64,000 bases of DNA, from assembly GCF_000143415.4 (NCBI RefSeq), contig NW_003314262.1, positions 3,978,021-4,042,020 of the forward strand, written 5' to 3'. Positions 1 to 13,510 of the stretch are shown here, piece by piece. The position numbers and the translations under genes are program-made. The stretch's first letter is position 1, and every line of letters begins with the position of its first letter. The notes under the pieces were generated by a model. The model saw only the letters and a program-made list of their open reading frames with translations, was not told the origin of the DNA and made no database searches. The DNA is from Selaginella moellendorffii. Lineage: Eukaryota; Plantae; Lycopodiophyta.

Positions 1-59
1 AAGTATCTTTTGATACCCGAAGTCACATTCGCGACAAGGCCGCACCCACACTTTGCCGA

Positions 60-530
60 CTGCCTAGGCTGCGCAGGCCAATTCACCGGCATATCGTACC
101 AGCCCACGTGGCTTGGCCCACATGGCCCAGCCCGGGCACTCACCCAGTCACTCGGCATGGGCCGAGCCGATACCCCGGCAAACCAGCCCAACCACTGCGG
201 TATGCCATGCCATGCAGTGCCCTGCACGTCGCTGTGTGGCACACCACACATCCCAGTGCCTGGCCAAGTGCTTGGGCCAGTCCGCGTTGGCCTGGCCACG
301 TGGGCTGGTTGCCAGCATACTGGCCCAGCCCACTGTGGTGTGCCATGCCGTGCAGCGCACTGTGTGTCACCTTGCAGTGCACTGCACTTTGCCATGCCAC
401 ACGCCAACACAGCTCTGTGGCTTACATGTGCCGTGTGAAGCATGCAGCACGGTGGTGCTAGGCGCTGCAACGCGGTGGCACGGTGGTGCTGTGGCATGGC
501 AGTGCTGTGCACTGTAGCGTGGCGGCACTG
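60..530. repeat. GC-rich imperfect direct/inverted repeat block, probably intron 1 of a second ParB-MTase gene copy that continues off the left edge
   Basis: Recurring tgccatgccRtgcag and gcccagccc units. ccagcccacgtggc (~100) is inverted at ~296-308. Same position relative to the transposase as the repeat array at 29230-29600. Confidence 0.5.
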
Positions 531-1554
531 GATGCTATAATGCTTGGTGTTGAGGTGAAGATTGAGGTGGAGTAATGAGGAAGTAGAGGAGAAAAAAAAA
601 GGACTTATTCTTGGTGGTTGTTTTTGACGTCGATGGATCCCACAGTCACTCCCAATCTCCTAATGCCGGTGGCTGCCCTAACCCTAACCTAACTTTTATT
701 ACAGCCTTTCATTATGGATGCAGTAAATCTCCATTTTTTTTGTAATTATTTGCTATCTACAATTTCTATTTTGTCCTAGATTTGATCACGTGACAAAGTC
801 CTTTTGAATTATAACTTAATAATAGAGGTGTGCCATAATATGGAAATAATATCACAGCTGCATGTGTTGAATTGATCACAATATGAAATTATAAATGAGA
901 ATTATGTGTTTCTTGCACATCATAAAATCTTATCATCAAATATAGGGTTCTTAAAATCATAAGGTATTATTTCCAAAGCAATGTGATAGATAATTTACCA
1001 TAGGTGATAGATGGTAGTACAAAAATGGAATATATTTAAATGAGTTCAGAAGAATGTGATGATTTCTGGCTTTAATGAAGTACTGAAAATATTTTAATTT
1101 ATTTGGCAACAGTTGGTCGATAGTAGATCCTAGAATAAAATCATTTCTATCTTTTACATTATCGCACATGCTTTAGGTGATATTTCTTTCTGTTCTGCCA
1201 AAAGTTACTCTATATAATAACTTTGAGCATGTTTTTGAATTTAATTTATACAGACTTTTAATATTGTACAACATAGTCCTTTATACTTCATATAGACTTT
1301 ATTACAACAATGTTATTCAATGTTAGATCCTAGAATAAAATCACCCTTACTTTTCACATAATGGCATAACACATGTTTGAGGTGACATTTCTTTTCATTC
1401 TAACTCTAACTTTGAGCCTGACTTTGAGCATATTTTTTAATCAAGTAAAAAGATTGGAAGACAATGTGGAGTCTTTTTATATGTGATAGTCTTTTTATAC
1501 TTTTGATAGACCTTATCATAAAAGTTCAAACATCCAAAACCTAAAGGCAATAAA

Positions 1555-4500
1555 ACAGAGAGTTTTTTTTTTGCATTACCAAAATCACCCACCGCTCTTT
1601 TTCTCCCAAAGTCTTATTTCAAAAAGTTTTCTTTACTAACGTTTCAATCTTTCTCTTAGTTCTCTATCATTAAAGGCTGTGATTCACAACAACATTGGTG
1701 TAGTTGAATGATCAGAATTTCTTCTTTAAGTGTGGGTGAAGGTGGACAACATTGGGATTTACAACATTCCAAGTTCAAGGAGATTCGAGTTTTTGAATCT
1801 CCAATCAAAGCATGAGGCTACGATTCTGCCAAAGTGATTGTGAAGCAAGAGTCAGTTGTCATTATTTCTTCCTCTTTTAGTTCTAGTGGAGATGCTAGTT
1901 TAGTGTGTAAGCAACCAAAGAGAACCACTTGAGAGACAATCCATAGGGTTCAAATATAAAGGGAAAGGGCCCATGAACAAGAGTGCATCCCCTTTTTCAA
2001 TTGGTTAAGGGTCTTGGGATATTTGGGGTTAAGTGTCTTTGGGTTTGAATAGTACTGGGTTGGGTGATCTCCTGGGAAATTTAAACTCAGGAGTTTACAC
2101 AGTGCTAGCCAAGAATCTATAAACTCCAACTTTACTGATATTCAAAGTTGTTTGCAATGCTTTCCAGTTGTTTTCAAGACCAAGCAAGACATTCATAATT
2201 GGTGCAAGATCATGACTACACACTTCCAACATTTTAAAGGTATAATGTCCATGGTTCATTGAGGTGGGTATTTGGATTGTGTGAATGAAACATGCAATCG
2301 AGAGGATAGTAAAAACTCTATATTGTTTTTAAGGATCTGCAATCAATCCTCCTATTTGTGACACTATTAGTATTAGATTCAAGTGTCGGTTTTGCAAGAA
2401 TGTTCCATTATGTTGTGCAATCTACAGGGACAAGATGTACTACTTTCTTCCACAGGATGGAAAAGTTGGTAGAGCTGTAATACATATTAGCACACACACA
2501 CATCCAATGCAAGAAGGGATACAAAGGAGTTCAGTCAACTATTTCTAAGATGCAATGTAGATAGAGACCATCTATAACTCTAAAGCATGTTTAAAAGATA
2601 ATGCTCAAGGATTTTATCGCAAGCACCTTACTCAATCTGGGCTGCAAGGATACTCAATAGATGAGGCTAGCTTGCGAGAGTTAGTATGATGCGTGCAATT
2701 TGTAATTAGTCTCAGGAGGTAAGAATATATTATTATATACTTTTCAATAATATCTCTCTTACATTTTATTTTATTTAGGATAAAATCTTGAATGTATGAA
2801 TCTTAAGAGGGGAAACTTCAGTCAAAATCGACTCTATTCTTGAACTAAAATGGAATTGTCCCTATGAGTTTATCCACAGGAGTTTATTTCTAGATTAAGT
2901 TGTTAATGAGCAAAAGCACCCCTTCATCTTCAAAATGTTTGTTATGGGCCTTGCCTTTGGTATGGATCTTGTTTCCTGAATGGATATGTCTAGGTTGAGT
3001 AACCTTACTAATACATGGGTACATTTTGACTATATGGAGCAGGTAATAGGTTTGACAACTATGTAAGCTCATATGTATGATCTAAGGTATTTATTTTTTC
3101 TCACTGTCTTAAAATGGTTTTAAGCATTGCCCTTTTCATAGGTTACATTCCAACTTGACAATTGCAATAGCAGAGTTTAAATTAGAAGACTAAATAGCCC
3201 AAGAAATATTTTGGAAGTCCCTCTTCGATATTGTACTAAAGCAGACTGGTAAACCTTCAAACTTTCACAATTTCATAGTAAATGGGGTTTGGGCTAATTG
3301 GAATGGTGTCTAGGCTATCTTTAGAATGGTCAACCCCTAGAAGGTCGTGAGAGGACATATAAGTTCTATTGGGCTTAGAGCCTAAACTAACACTACCATT
3401 TTATCAAGTTAGATTTCTAATTAGTGTTTAAGGAGTTGTGCAAACAATGGCAGATTGCACCTTTTAAAGAAGAGCATGAGGCAAAAGCAAACGAAATCCA
3501 AATATAGTGGTGTGAAGATGGCCATACGGATATAAATTTTACTATAACTTAAGTTGTGGTTGGGTGGTGGGAACTTAGGATGTTCTAATGGGGACATCAC
3601 TCTTCTTAGGTTGGTTTTTCTTTTTTTCTTTTCTTTTTATTGCTTTTTAATATCATCTTTATATTAGGACCAATCAGTTGAGGATCTTGTATACACCCCA
3701 ACTGTGAATCTCTTAGAGAGTAAGCATTTGAGTTGGTGTTCCTCTGAGGCAGGGAAAGGGAAAATGAGTCTATACAAAGCATGTTTATCGGATTTGATAT
3801 GTGCTATAAAGCAATCTTTAAAAGCCTTGGCATTTGAGGAAAGAAGATATATGGGAACAAGACATTCAATTAAGATGTTACACAATCAAATGAAGAAGAA
3901 AGTGACTCCACCAGCACAAACAGTGGCAACTGTAGTGGAGGAAGTGGTCTGTAGCATATCTATGGAGTACACTCCTCAGGCTTCTATTGGTGACATGAAG
4001 ACCATCCACTCAAAGCGTTGTTTTTCCTTTGCTAGTGAAGATGTTAGTATGGATCTTGGAGTGAAAAGCTCTCATAGGCCTGATGTTGAGTACTATTTTG
4101 TTCCAAGACACCACTTTCAGACCAAGCCACCTCAAGTGGTTAATGAAGAAAGTGTATCATAATAGGTAGAAATCGCTTATTGTAGTATGAAGTTGAAGCA
4201 ATAAACAATTTGTCGAGTGCTAGCAAAATCAAATGTAAGGTGTATAGGGATGCTTTCAAGGGGCAAGTGTTGAGTCTAGATCCATAGTGACAAATCTGTT
4301 TCTATTCTAGCCCCATATTTCCATGGGAAATGAAAGTAAACAAGATTTTCAAGATGATGTTGGCTATATTGCTGCAACACTAATGCCAACCATACAAAAT
4401 GGCTTGAAGACAATATAATGACTAAATCTGATGTAGTACCTAAAGAATGGCCAATTGCTAATAAAGTTGTGCTCACCTTGGATGAGATTGAAAACCTTGA

Positions 4501-4949
4501 GAAATCTAGTTTCAATCTTGAGAAGAGAGTTGGAGATATGAGTGACAAAACTAGGACTATTCTCACAAGGATGCATAGGAAGCTAGTAAGAAAAGGTAAG
4601 GTAGTTAAATTTATTAGTACCATCTCCAAGTAGAAGTAGGGTAAAATAAACTTAGCTTAAACATTTGAGTGTGAGATTCTTTCCATGAAGTACATTATTG
4701 CACTTGCAAAGGAGTACATAGTCAAAACATATGGTGGAGAGTACATAATTGCCATTCAAGACTTTCCTTCTTGCATATTTGCAGACTTTATGAAGCATGA
4801 GGAACATAGGAAGGTATATGCTCTTTGCAAGTATATGTATTACATCTTCATTAACATTTTGCAATAGGATTTTAAAGTGGATATTCATATACACCAAACA
4901 AGCCTTATTAATACTAAGTTGTAGAAAACTTATTTTTGGAGCTAACTAG
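1555..4949 (+). pseudogene. Decayed Mutator-like (MULE) DDE/SWIM transposase, copy 1
   Basis: Colinear paralogue of 30864-34206. ORF fragments 3704-4162, 4418-4633 and 4685-4867 match the 413-aa ORF (MNLLESKHLSW, FPSCIFADF...ALCKYMYY). Many stops, and a Cassandra solo LTR is inserted. Confidence 0.8.
1906..2099 (+). mobile_element. Cassandra TRIM solo LTR
   Basis: tgtaagcaacc...gagtttaca with a 5S-rRNA-like block (gttaagtgtctttggg...agtactgggttgggtgatctcctgggaa). TSD tagtg/cagtg. Absent from the paralogous site at ~31205. Confidence 0.9.
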
Positions 4950-5062
4950 ATTTTCCAACACTATTGATGTTTATTTTTTATCAATAATATAAACTTATTA
5001 TACTTTATATAATTAATAAAAAAAATTCATTTCATATACTTGTGAGTGTTATTTTTGCAATA

Positions 5063-5207
5063 CTACATATAGTATTGGTATGTCTCTATTTCTATCTGTA
5101 CCACCTTAAAAAATATTTTATGATAATCTTTCGGGTACGTGATGTTGCAATATGTCGCAAGAGCATATATACCGTCATACTAATCATTGTCATTATTTCC
5201 ACTGGAC
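5063..5207 (-). pseudogene. Truncated paralogue of the small zinc-finger ORF at 34334-34750
   Basis: Nucleotide similarity to 34334-34478, lost after ~5207. Confidence 0.65.
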
Positions 5208-7937
5208 TTTGAATCAAAGCCTTGAGACAGCATAATGTTCTAATTGTGATTCTGCCTCTATCAAAGTCTTATAAAATTTGGGTGAATAATTTCCCAATTT
5301 ATTTTTCACTAAGGCTAGCTCTAATTTTCTTTAAGTTGGAGTCTAAAACAAGGGGTATAGATGCCCAATTTTCCCACTTGTGTATGCCTAAAAAAATTGT
5401 GACATTTTGCTGAAAAATATATCCTCTAAAAACCTAAGTGAGAATTTGCTTAGAAAAAAAGAATTCTAGAGTAGTTAATTGTGTTTTCCATATCAAATAA
5501 ACTCCATTCCTTCTTCTTTTGGTTTTTTCTCAAGAAATTGCTGGGTAAATGATTTGAACTTAAGTTTCTTGGCAATGTATACCTAACTAAATAACTTAGG
5601 TAGCTTTTCAAAGGAAAATAAAGTTTAATGCAATAGTGCTAACCTAAGTTATATCTTTCCAAGCTCCAATGTATGCTAATTTCAAACTCACCCTATACTC
5701 TATAGCTTAGGTGACAATTGAAAAACTATTTTTCTTGCGTTTTTTGGGCACTAAGCCACTGCAATTGCAAAAAGATTTCTTTCTTTTAGTTTTGTTTAGG
5801 CTCAAGGCCTTTGTAATCACTAAAGAGATCTATTGTAATTTCTAGTGCTAGGAACGTTTGAAATTCACAAGCAATTTTTCTTTCAACTGTTTTGCAAGCC
5901 AAAGAGTGATAACTTATCCTAAAAGCTTATTTCAAAAGTGAGTAAGGCATTTTCTACCTATACTTGCATTCTTGCTTTTGCTTGTAAAATAGTGACAAAC
6001 AAATAGAGACAATAACCTAGAAAAGAAAAGAAGAGAAGAAGAATGAAAAGAAAATAGAAATGAACTCAGTCTTAAACTTCAAATGTGTGAGTAAAGATAA
6101 GTATATGTCATTCTCTCAACTTTACTTTGCACAAACAGTCATAGTTAGGAGAAAAGATGGTTAATTCAATGTAAATTATATAATAATGAGTGGGGGTTGT
6201 TTTTCAACACTTCTAAATGCTATTTATATACTATATGATTTTATAACTGTTCCTAACTGCTTCATGTTTGTCTATGACGAGCATTGCTTAGGTCAGGTCT
6301 TTCTTTTTTGAATGCTTAAGTTTAGATGTAACTTCATATTGCTTAACCTTCTTTTGCTTTACCTAGGAAGATACACAAAATAAAACATTTATCTCTTCAT
6401 CACTCACTCCACTATTGCATCCATTCAGCCTCACTATATTGGGGTTAGATATTCCATTCAAACTTGTTATGTTCATCCTCACTTCACAATCCATGTTATT
6501 TGTCTTTATTCCACTACCGTATTTGCTTGTCCTCATTCCATCATTGGGGCTAGACTCCAATTCATCCCCTCCACCCTTCTCCAAAAAAAATAAAAAATTG
6601 AAATGTTAGGGCAAAAAGGAGAAGGCAAGAAAAATTGAGGACAAACCATTGTGGAAAAAAAAAACGTGGCTAAAGAAGCATTAGAAAAGGAATTTACAAC
6701 TGGCAATATAGAAATAGGGAAATTAAAAGAAATATATATGCTCAAATCTTGGAAAATAAGAGACTTCTTATTATAAAATACTTCGGCCACTATGATATAA
6801 GCAAAAGATTTATATTGCTCAACTTCCTCAACACACAACTTAACATTTAAGACGAGAAAATCAATAACAATATCCATACTCTCAAGAGAATATATAAATT
6901 CTTCAATAACAATAGTAAAGTAAAGGCTTTCAGTAGCACTAACAAGTGGGGACAGAACCCGAAATTTTAACTAAAGTGACTCAACCCTTGGAACATAAGA
7001 ATACTCAATACCATAATTTTTCAAAAACTTTACCAATGAAACAAAAGTAATTCTCAACTTTATACACATATTCAACATTTAAATTAGTATGAGAAGGATA
7101 TACAATACTTGACTCAAACCAGATTGAAAATGAGAATCATAAAAGTCATAAATGATCAATATGCCAAGAGAAAAAAAACACTACAAATGAGGAAGAAACA
7201 CTAAAATATGAAAAGGTAACTCAAGCCAAGAAATAAGGAAAGGTTGGGAAAGAGCATAAGGTAAAGAAAAAGGATCAGATAGCAAATTGAAAGATTGACA
7301 CTTACTTTGTAAAATCTCCAACTTATTTTTAAAGCTATCTCTATAATAATTAAGTTCCTCATCATAATTTCCATTCATTCGAGCTTGTAAACATTATTTT
7401 CCCATAAATTCAATTCTAGAACATTCTTCAAGAACCAAACTACATCATTTATAGCTCACCAATTAATGTTACGACCACACTCCACATCAACAAGAGATGG
7501 TATAACACCAAGAACAAAACAAGCTGTGTAATCATATCCCATGTAAGTTGGAGATAGCAACACATCAAGGATGGTTGTAGCACCAATATGATCACACCCC
7601 ACAACACCAAAGTTCAATTTAACAGAGTAATATTAGTAGCCTTAAGTGATATACTCCTTAATCAATGATAATATGGCATAATAAAAGAAGACAATGCAAT
7701 GAAGATCAAAAGAAAAAGTAAATTTAAGCACAGTGATAGTTAGAATTCTAGATCTTATAAAAAGATAATACAGATCTAAATTTTAAAAAAAATGAAGAAA
7801 TAAGAACAAAAAGCATGATCCTAAACACTAGAGCAAAGCATTGCTAAAAAGCTTTGCCCTTTAAGTGCCCCTCATCTCCACCAATGTGAGTGCTTGGGAT
7901 ATAAAAATAGATATATTAATTGGGGTTTAGACCCTTG

Positions 7938-7939
<2 letters not shown>

Positions 7940-8026
<87 letters not shown>

Positions 8027-8027
8027 C

Positions 8028-8060
<33 letters not shown>

Positions 8061-8105
8061 ATATATATGTATGTATGTATCTATGTATGTATATATATAT
8101 GTATG

Positions 8106-8153
<48 letters not shown>
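7940..8153. repeat. (AT)n/(ATGT)n microsatellite
   Basis: Directly visible. Confidence 0.98.
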
Positions 8154-8155
<2 letters not shown>

Positions 8156-8499
8156 AACAATCAATAAGATAATTAGAAACCTAAATTAAATTATATAAAT
8201 ATTTCCAAAATCATAATTCTATTAAATTTACAACATAAAACTTCATATTTGCATATTTCTATATCATCAATTCATCATTTAAAGAAGAGCTCCACTATTT
8301 CCGAGCGTTGTGGTTACCAAGCTCAGAGAAAGTCCCATGTGCAAAACCATACTTGGCAGATAATGCAAAATCTTGGTGGAGAGCGACGGAGGCCAATGAA
8401 GGACCGGTGGCCACTTGGGAAATGATGAAGGTGAGGATCCACATGACATATATTCCTTCGAATGCTACTTTGCATCTAAAGGATGAGTTGAGTAGGCTG

Positions 8500-10074
8500 T
8501 GTAAGCGACTAAATTTTCCATTCTACTTTAGTCACTTAACCACACTTCCAACCACTTGGAGGAGTCTCACTCACAACCTCCATAAGTCCTATTTCAGACT
8601 TGGGCTTGCTAGCCCCGAGAATGGCGTCCCCACCAAGTGATCCACGATCCAAGTGCTCCACGTGTCCGATCCCATGACCGACACCCCAAGGTACCACCGA
8701 CATATTAGCTCGTTACGCTAAAGCCTTGCCCCTTTACCTTGGTCACACTGGTGGTTTAACACCACCTGCATCACAGTCCCATCTCTTAAGCACTGGGCCA
8801 TCCGTCCATGAGTGATCATTCCAAATCCACTCTTTAGCATCCTTAGGATGCCCACAGACATGGGGAATAGCCTTCCCCAATATCCCTTTTCCGGTCTTCA
8901 CCAAGTCCCTTTTTGCCCATGGCCGTGTTCACCAACACTGCCACTGGATCGAGGCCCACAGGCCCGACCACTAAGTCCCACGGTCCTCTACGCGTTCCTC
9001 GCCACTTGACTGTATCCTTGGTCACTACACCAGAGGACTACTCCTCTTCCTTTCCACAGTCTGGGCCTTTGGGACTACATTTCGAAACACTGTGGCCCTA
9101 CGCGGGCCTCATGGGTACTCTCCCCGTCTTCCACCTTTGGGTGCTCTAGCCATGGGCTTAGAGCGAGGTTCTGTTGAGCCACACCAGGTATCCAAGTAGG
9201 TAGTGCCACCCACACTTGGACTGGGAGCATCGGCCAATCGATCTCCCAGGGGAACTAGAGCCGGCTCTTGAACACTTCACCAAGCTACCCCGCTTGTCGG
9301 TCTGTATTCACTCTAGTCTTGGACTTCCCAGTGGTCAGTTCATCACCCAACACTGGGTATGGTCTTCCTGGGCCAAACTGGCCTTTCCTGGGCCAAACTG
9401 GCTCCACTAGGCTCCAAGCCCCACACTCTCCCTACTATACTTTTGGAACCCCCTGCAGCCCCCCCCGGGGGACGATCGCTTTGAGCTTTCACCCAACTGC
9501 CTGTATTAGTATCTGACTCGGACTCAGGCTCGAACTCGGACTTAGACTCGGTCTCGGTCCCGGTTTCAGACTCGGACTCGGTCTCGGTCTCGGCTTCGGC
9601 CTCGGTCTCGGTCTCAGTCTCGGGTCCATCTCGGACTCCATCTCGGGTCCATCTCGGACTCCATCTCGGACTCCATCTCGGGTCCATCTCAGACTCCATC
9701 TCGGACTCCATCTCGGGTCCATCTCGGATTCCATCTCGGGTCCATCTCGGGTCCATCTCGAATTCCACTTCGGACTCCACTTCGGATTCCAACTCGGACT
9801 CCAACTCGGGTCCAACTCAGGTCCATCTCGGGTCCATCTCGGACACTTCCACGTGTCATGTGTTGGTCCTTTTGGGTCCCTTTTTGGAGCCTCACTTATT
9901 GCTCGCTTCGTGCTCATTCCTTGAGCACTTTGTTAGGAGTTCCACTCCCACTTTCGACCTTTCAAGTCGGAGCTTTTGGCCAAACGTGTTACACTCGTTT
10001 GGCTTTCGCTTTGGCCACTACCACGTGGCACCCTTTCGGCTCCACTTTGGGGCCTAGGGATTTTGTGTCTCACA
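8500..10074 (-). mobile_element. Solo LTR, family Y, inserted in gag
   Basis: TG...CA termini and exact TSD ggctg (8495-8499/10075-10079). Removing it restores LSRL-KQIGT. Contains a 12-bp ccatctcggact array. Confidence 0.92.
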
Positions 10075-11958
10075 GGCTGAAGCAGATTGGAACCATTCAA
10101 GAGTATATGAATGGGTTTATGGCAAAGAGGATACTAGTTATAGATATGGGTGATATGAATGCGTTCCATGCTTTCATATCAAACTTGCAAACCTGGGCTC
10201 GTGGCAAGGTGATGTGTTGGAACCCGACCAATTACAAGGAAGCGTTAGATGTGGCTATCAAGGTGCATTTCAATGATAACCTGCGAAAGGGGAACACGAC
10301 GGGGTTGGGGTCCATGTTTAGCAAAGGGGCCAAACTAAGGGGAACGTATAGCAAAGGAAAATTAAAGAAGAGTTTCTCTAAGAATGAGTCCTCAGGGTTC
10401 CAAAAAGGCAAATCCGGTGGTCAGCGAGCAAGTATGTGGGGGAGTCAAGCAAAAAGAGATAAACCCATGGATAAGAAGGTCAAGTCGGTTAGGAACGTAT
10501 GCTACAATTGCGGCGAAGCAGAACACTTTTCGAGGGAATGTCCCTACTTGAAGAAGGCCAGAGCCAATATGGCCATTAAGTCGGGTGAAATCCAAAATGA
10601 GGTATGTGATTCAGTCCCTAACTCAAAGTTACTTATTACACGAGCAACTTTGGTAGAGAGTCGTTCCCGACATCTACTAGCCCGCTGAGGGAAGCTCAGA
10701 GGTAGCTTTGTTAAGATCCTTATTGACACGGGTGCTTCGAATAATTTTGTGGCTGCACTGCAAGCCAGACTAACGGTGCAGCAGCTGGGTGAACTAAGGA
10801 CTATAGAGTTTGTTCAAGGTAGCCAAAGCACCGATGAGGTACTTCGACAAGTGAGAGTCAAAGTAAAGACATGGATTTCACTATGTTGGATATGGAGGGA
10901 TTTGACGTAATCTTTGGGATGGATTGGTTCAATCAGTTCGTGGTAGCCCTGCATGGACAAGGTAAGAACCTTGTGGTACTAGCGAATGCCCAAGGAAGAA
11001 GATTTAGGGTGGAGGCCCAAGATCTAAAGGTAGGGCAATGCAAGGCCAAAGACTCCTACCTAAATTTGGTGTCCACAAAAGGACAACTCACTTAAGGAAC
11101 CAAGGCAGCATTTTTGTGCTTACTCTCGATGAAGAGTGACAAAAAGACAGGAATGGAAGAAGTATCTTTAGTGATCTGGCGGGTGTTGGACCAATTTTAG
11201 GATACCATGCCGGAGGAGCTACCGGCGGAGTTGCCCCCCACACGACCGATAGAACACAAGATTGAGCTAGTCGAGGGTGCCGAGGCGGTGGTTCGTCCCC
11301 CCTATCATTTGAACGAAAAGGAACTCAAGGAGCTCAAACGCCAACTAAAGGAGTTGGTGGACAAAGGGTATGTTAGGTTGAGCAAGTCACTATATGGGGC
11401 GTCGGTGTTATTTGTGAAAAAGAAAGATGGATCTATGCGCATGTGCATAGACTACAGGTTGCTCAACAAGTATAGAAAGAAGAACAAGTACCCTTTGTCA
11501 AGGATTGAGGACCTGTTTGATAGGTTGGGAAAGGCAAAATACTTCTCGAGGATTGACCTAAGGTCATGATACTACTAGATTAGGGTAACAAAGGAAGATG
11601 TCAAGAAGACAACCTGTCGAACAAGGTATGGGAGCTTCGAGTTTCTAGTGATGCCCTTTGGGCTATGCAATGCATCTGCAACATTTTTGGTGTTGATGAA
11701 CTACATCTTCGTACCCTATTTGGATCACTTTGTGGTTGTCTATATTGATGACATCCTGATCTATAGCGAAATGCTAGAGGAGCATGCCGAACACTTGACG
11801 AAGGTGTTTGAGAAACTAAGGGAACACTAGTTGTATGTTAAACAGAGCAAATGTGACTTTGCTCAACAAGAGGTAAAGTATTTCGGGCATGTGGTGGGCA
11901 AGGACAGGCTCAAGGTGGACCCTGAGAAGGTCCAAGAAATTCAGGATTGGGAGCAACC

Positions 11959-13510
11959 TGTAAGGAACCAACTCGCCGAGGCGTCGTAGGCTAAAGGAAC
12001 CCCAAAAGCATGACCAAAATGACAAAGAGTTCATCGGATGGGACCAAGTCGAAGATCGAGTCCGAGACCGACTCTAGGACCGAGTTCGAGATAGAGTCCG
12101 GAATCGAGTCCGAGACCGACTCGGGGACTGAGTGCGAGTCCGAGTTCAAGACGGAGTCTAAGATCCAAAATCGGGTCCGAGACCGAGTCCGAGGTCGAGT
12201 CCGAGGTCGGGTCCGAGATCGGGTCCGAGATCGAGTCCAAGATCGAGTCCGAGACCAAATCCGAAGTCGGATCTGAAATCGGGTCCGAGATCGAGCCAGA
12301 GACTAAGTCCAAATACTAATACGGGTCAAGGGGTGAAAGCCCAAAGCGTGCGTCTCCAAGGGGGGGGGGGGGGCTGCAGGGGGTTCCAAAAGAGTATAGT
12401 AGGGATAGTGAGGTCTAGGAACCAGTCTTGAAGGAACTCTCTAGTGGTGCTTCCAAATTGATTTGAGGTTGAAACTGAGGCCGAGGGGCCTTGAGTGGGA
12501 GTGAGCATGGACTCGAGTGGTGCCAGAGGGGCCACCCAAGGAAGTGCTCAAGAACAGCTCCCACTCCCAAAAGGGAAACCGACTGCGGTGCTCCTGGCTC
12601 ATGTGGAGTGGTGCCCCACTTGAGTACCTTGTGGCTCATTGGTCCTCACCCTTTCTAGGGGTTTGGACCTCCCCTTTGGGATGGAAGTGGGGGGGTAGAG
12701 GTACCCATACTGGGCCGTTAGGACACAGTGTTTTGCCCCGGTGTCCCGAAGCAAGTGTTGCACCCAAAGCTTGGGATTTAGAAGGTCCCATGATCAAATC
12801 TTGTTGTACCAAGGGATGTTAGGAACCTAGAGGCTTGGTGTGCTTGGCTGCTTGTGCCTGCGGGGAGTGTAGCCGAACCTTAAGTCCAATCTAACCCGGG
12901 GAGGGGGATTGGGAGAGATTTGGGAATCCGTAGATGGATGGCTAACACTCCGTTGCTCGTGCAGTGAGTAGCTGAAACCAAGTAGGACGAAGTAGGAGCT
13001 GGTACCATAGGCGGGAACCTTGGCAAGGGAACTTAGCACAAGCCAAGGCAGAGTTGGTCGGATAGACGAGGTAAGCTGGCAAATTGGAAAGGAAAAATTT
13101 GTGGCTTACAATTTGGTATCGGAGCGGTCTCGGGTTCGACTCTATTGGTTGGCTAAGGGAATCACACCACATGTTGATTGACATCTGGCTGGTCCAGTTT
13201 GCTCCCGCTAGGCTCGACCCGAGGGGTAGGGTGTCAAGAGAGCGAGGCTCTCGGGAGAGCTGCGGCTCTCAGCTTCCGTTCACGAGGGCGTGAACTTGCA
13301 GGGAAGCGTGGTGGATTGTAAGCAACCAAAGGGAACGACTTGAGAGACAATATATGGGGTTCAAATATAGAGGGAAAGGGCCCATGAACAAGAGTGCACC
13401 CCCTTTTCCAATCGGTTAAGGGTCTTGGGATATTTGGAGTTAAGCATCCTTGGGTTTGAATAATACTGGGCTGGGTGACCTCTTGGGAAGTCCAAACTCA
13501 GGAGCTTACA
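11959..13510 (+). mobile_element. Chimeric element: family X gypsy LTR (11959-13110) + PBS + Cassandra internal region + Cassandra LTR (13317-13510)
   Basis: One TSD caacc (11954-11958/13511-13515). Removal restores WEQP-LNVHKLRAFLGLCNYY. PBS tggtatcggagc at 13114-13125. Confidence 0.9.
13436..13493 (+). promoter_or_regulatory. 5S rRNA-derived Pol III internal promoter (A-box/IE/C-box) in a Cassandra LTR, also present in the other complete Cassandra LTRs
   Basis: gttaagcatccttggg...aatactgggctgggtgacctcttgggaagtcc resembles plant 5S GTTAAGCGTGCTTGGG...AGTACTAGGATGGGTGACCTCCTGGGAAGTCC. Confidence 0.85.

Noticed and set aside
5210-7860. Possible LINE or other retroelement remnants here and at 35300-37800 and 45460-47300
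   Set aside because: Too decayed to assign from motifs by eye.
7872-8189. YIYI-repeat ORFs
   Set aside because: Translations of the AT microsatellite.
13436-13493. 5S rRNA gene
   Set aside because: Only the internal promoter part is present, inside TG...CA LTRs. This is a Cassandra feature.
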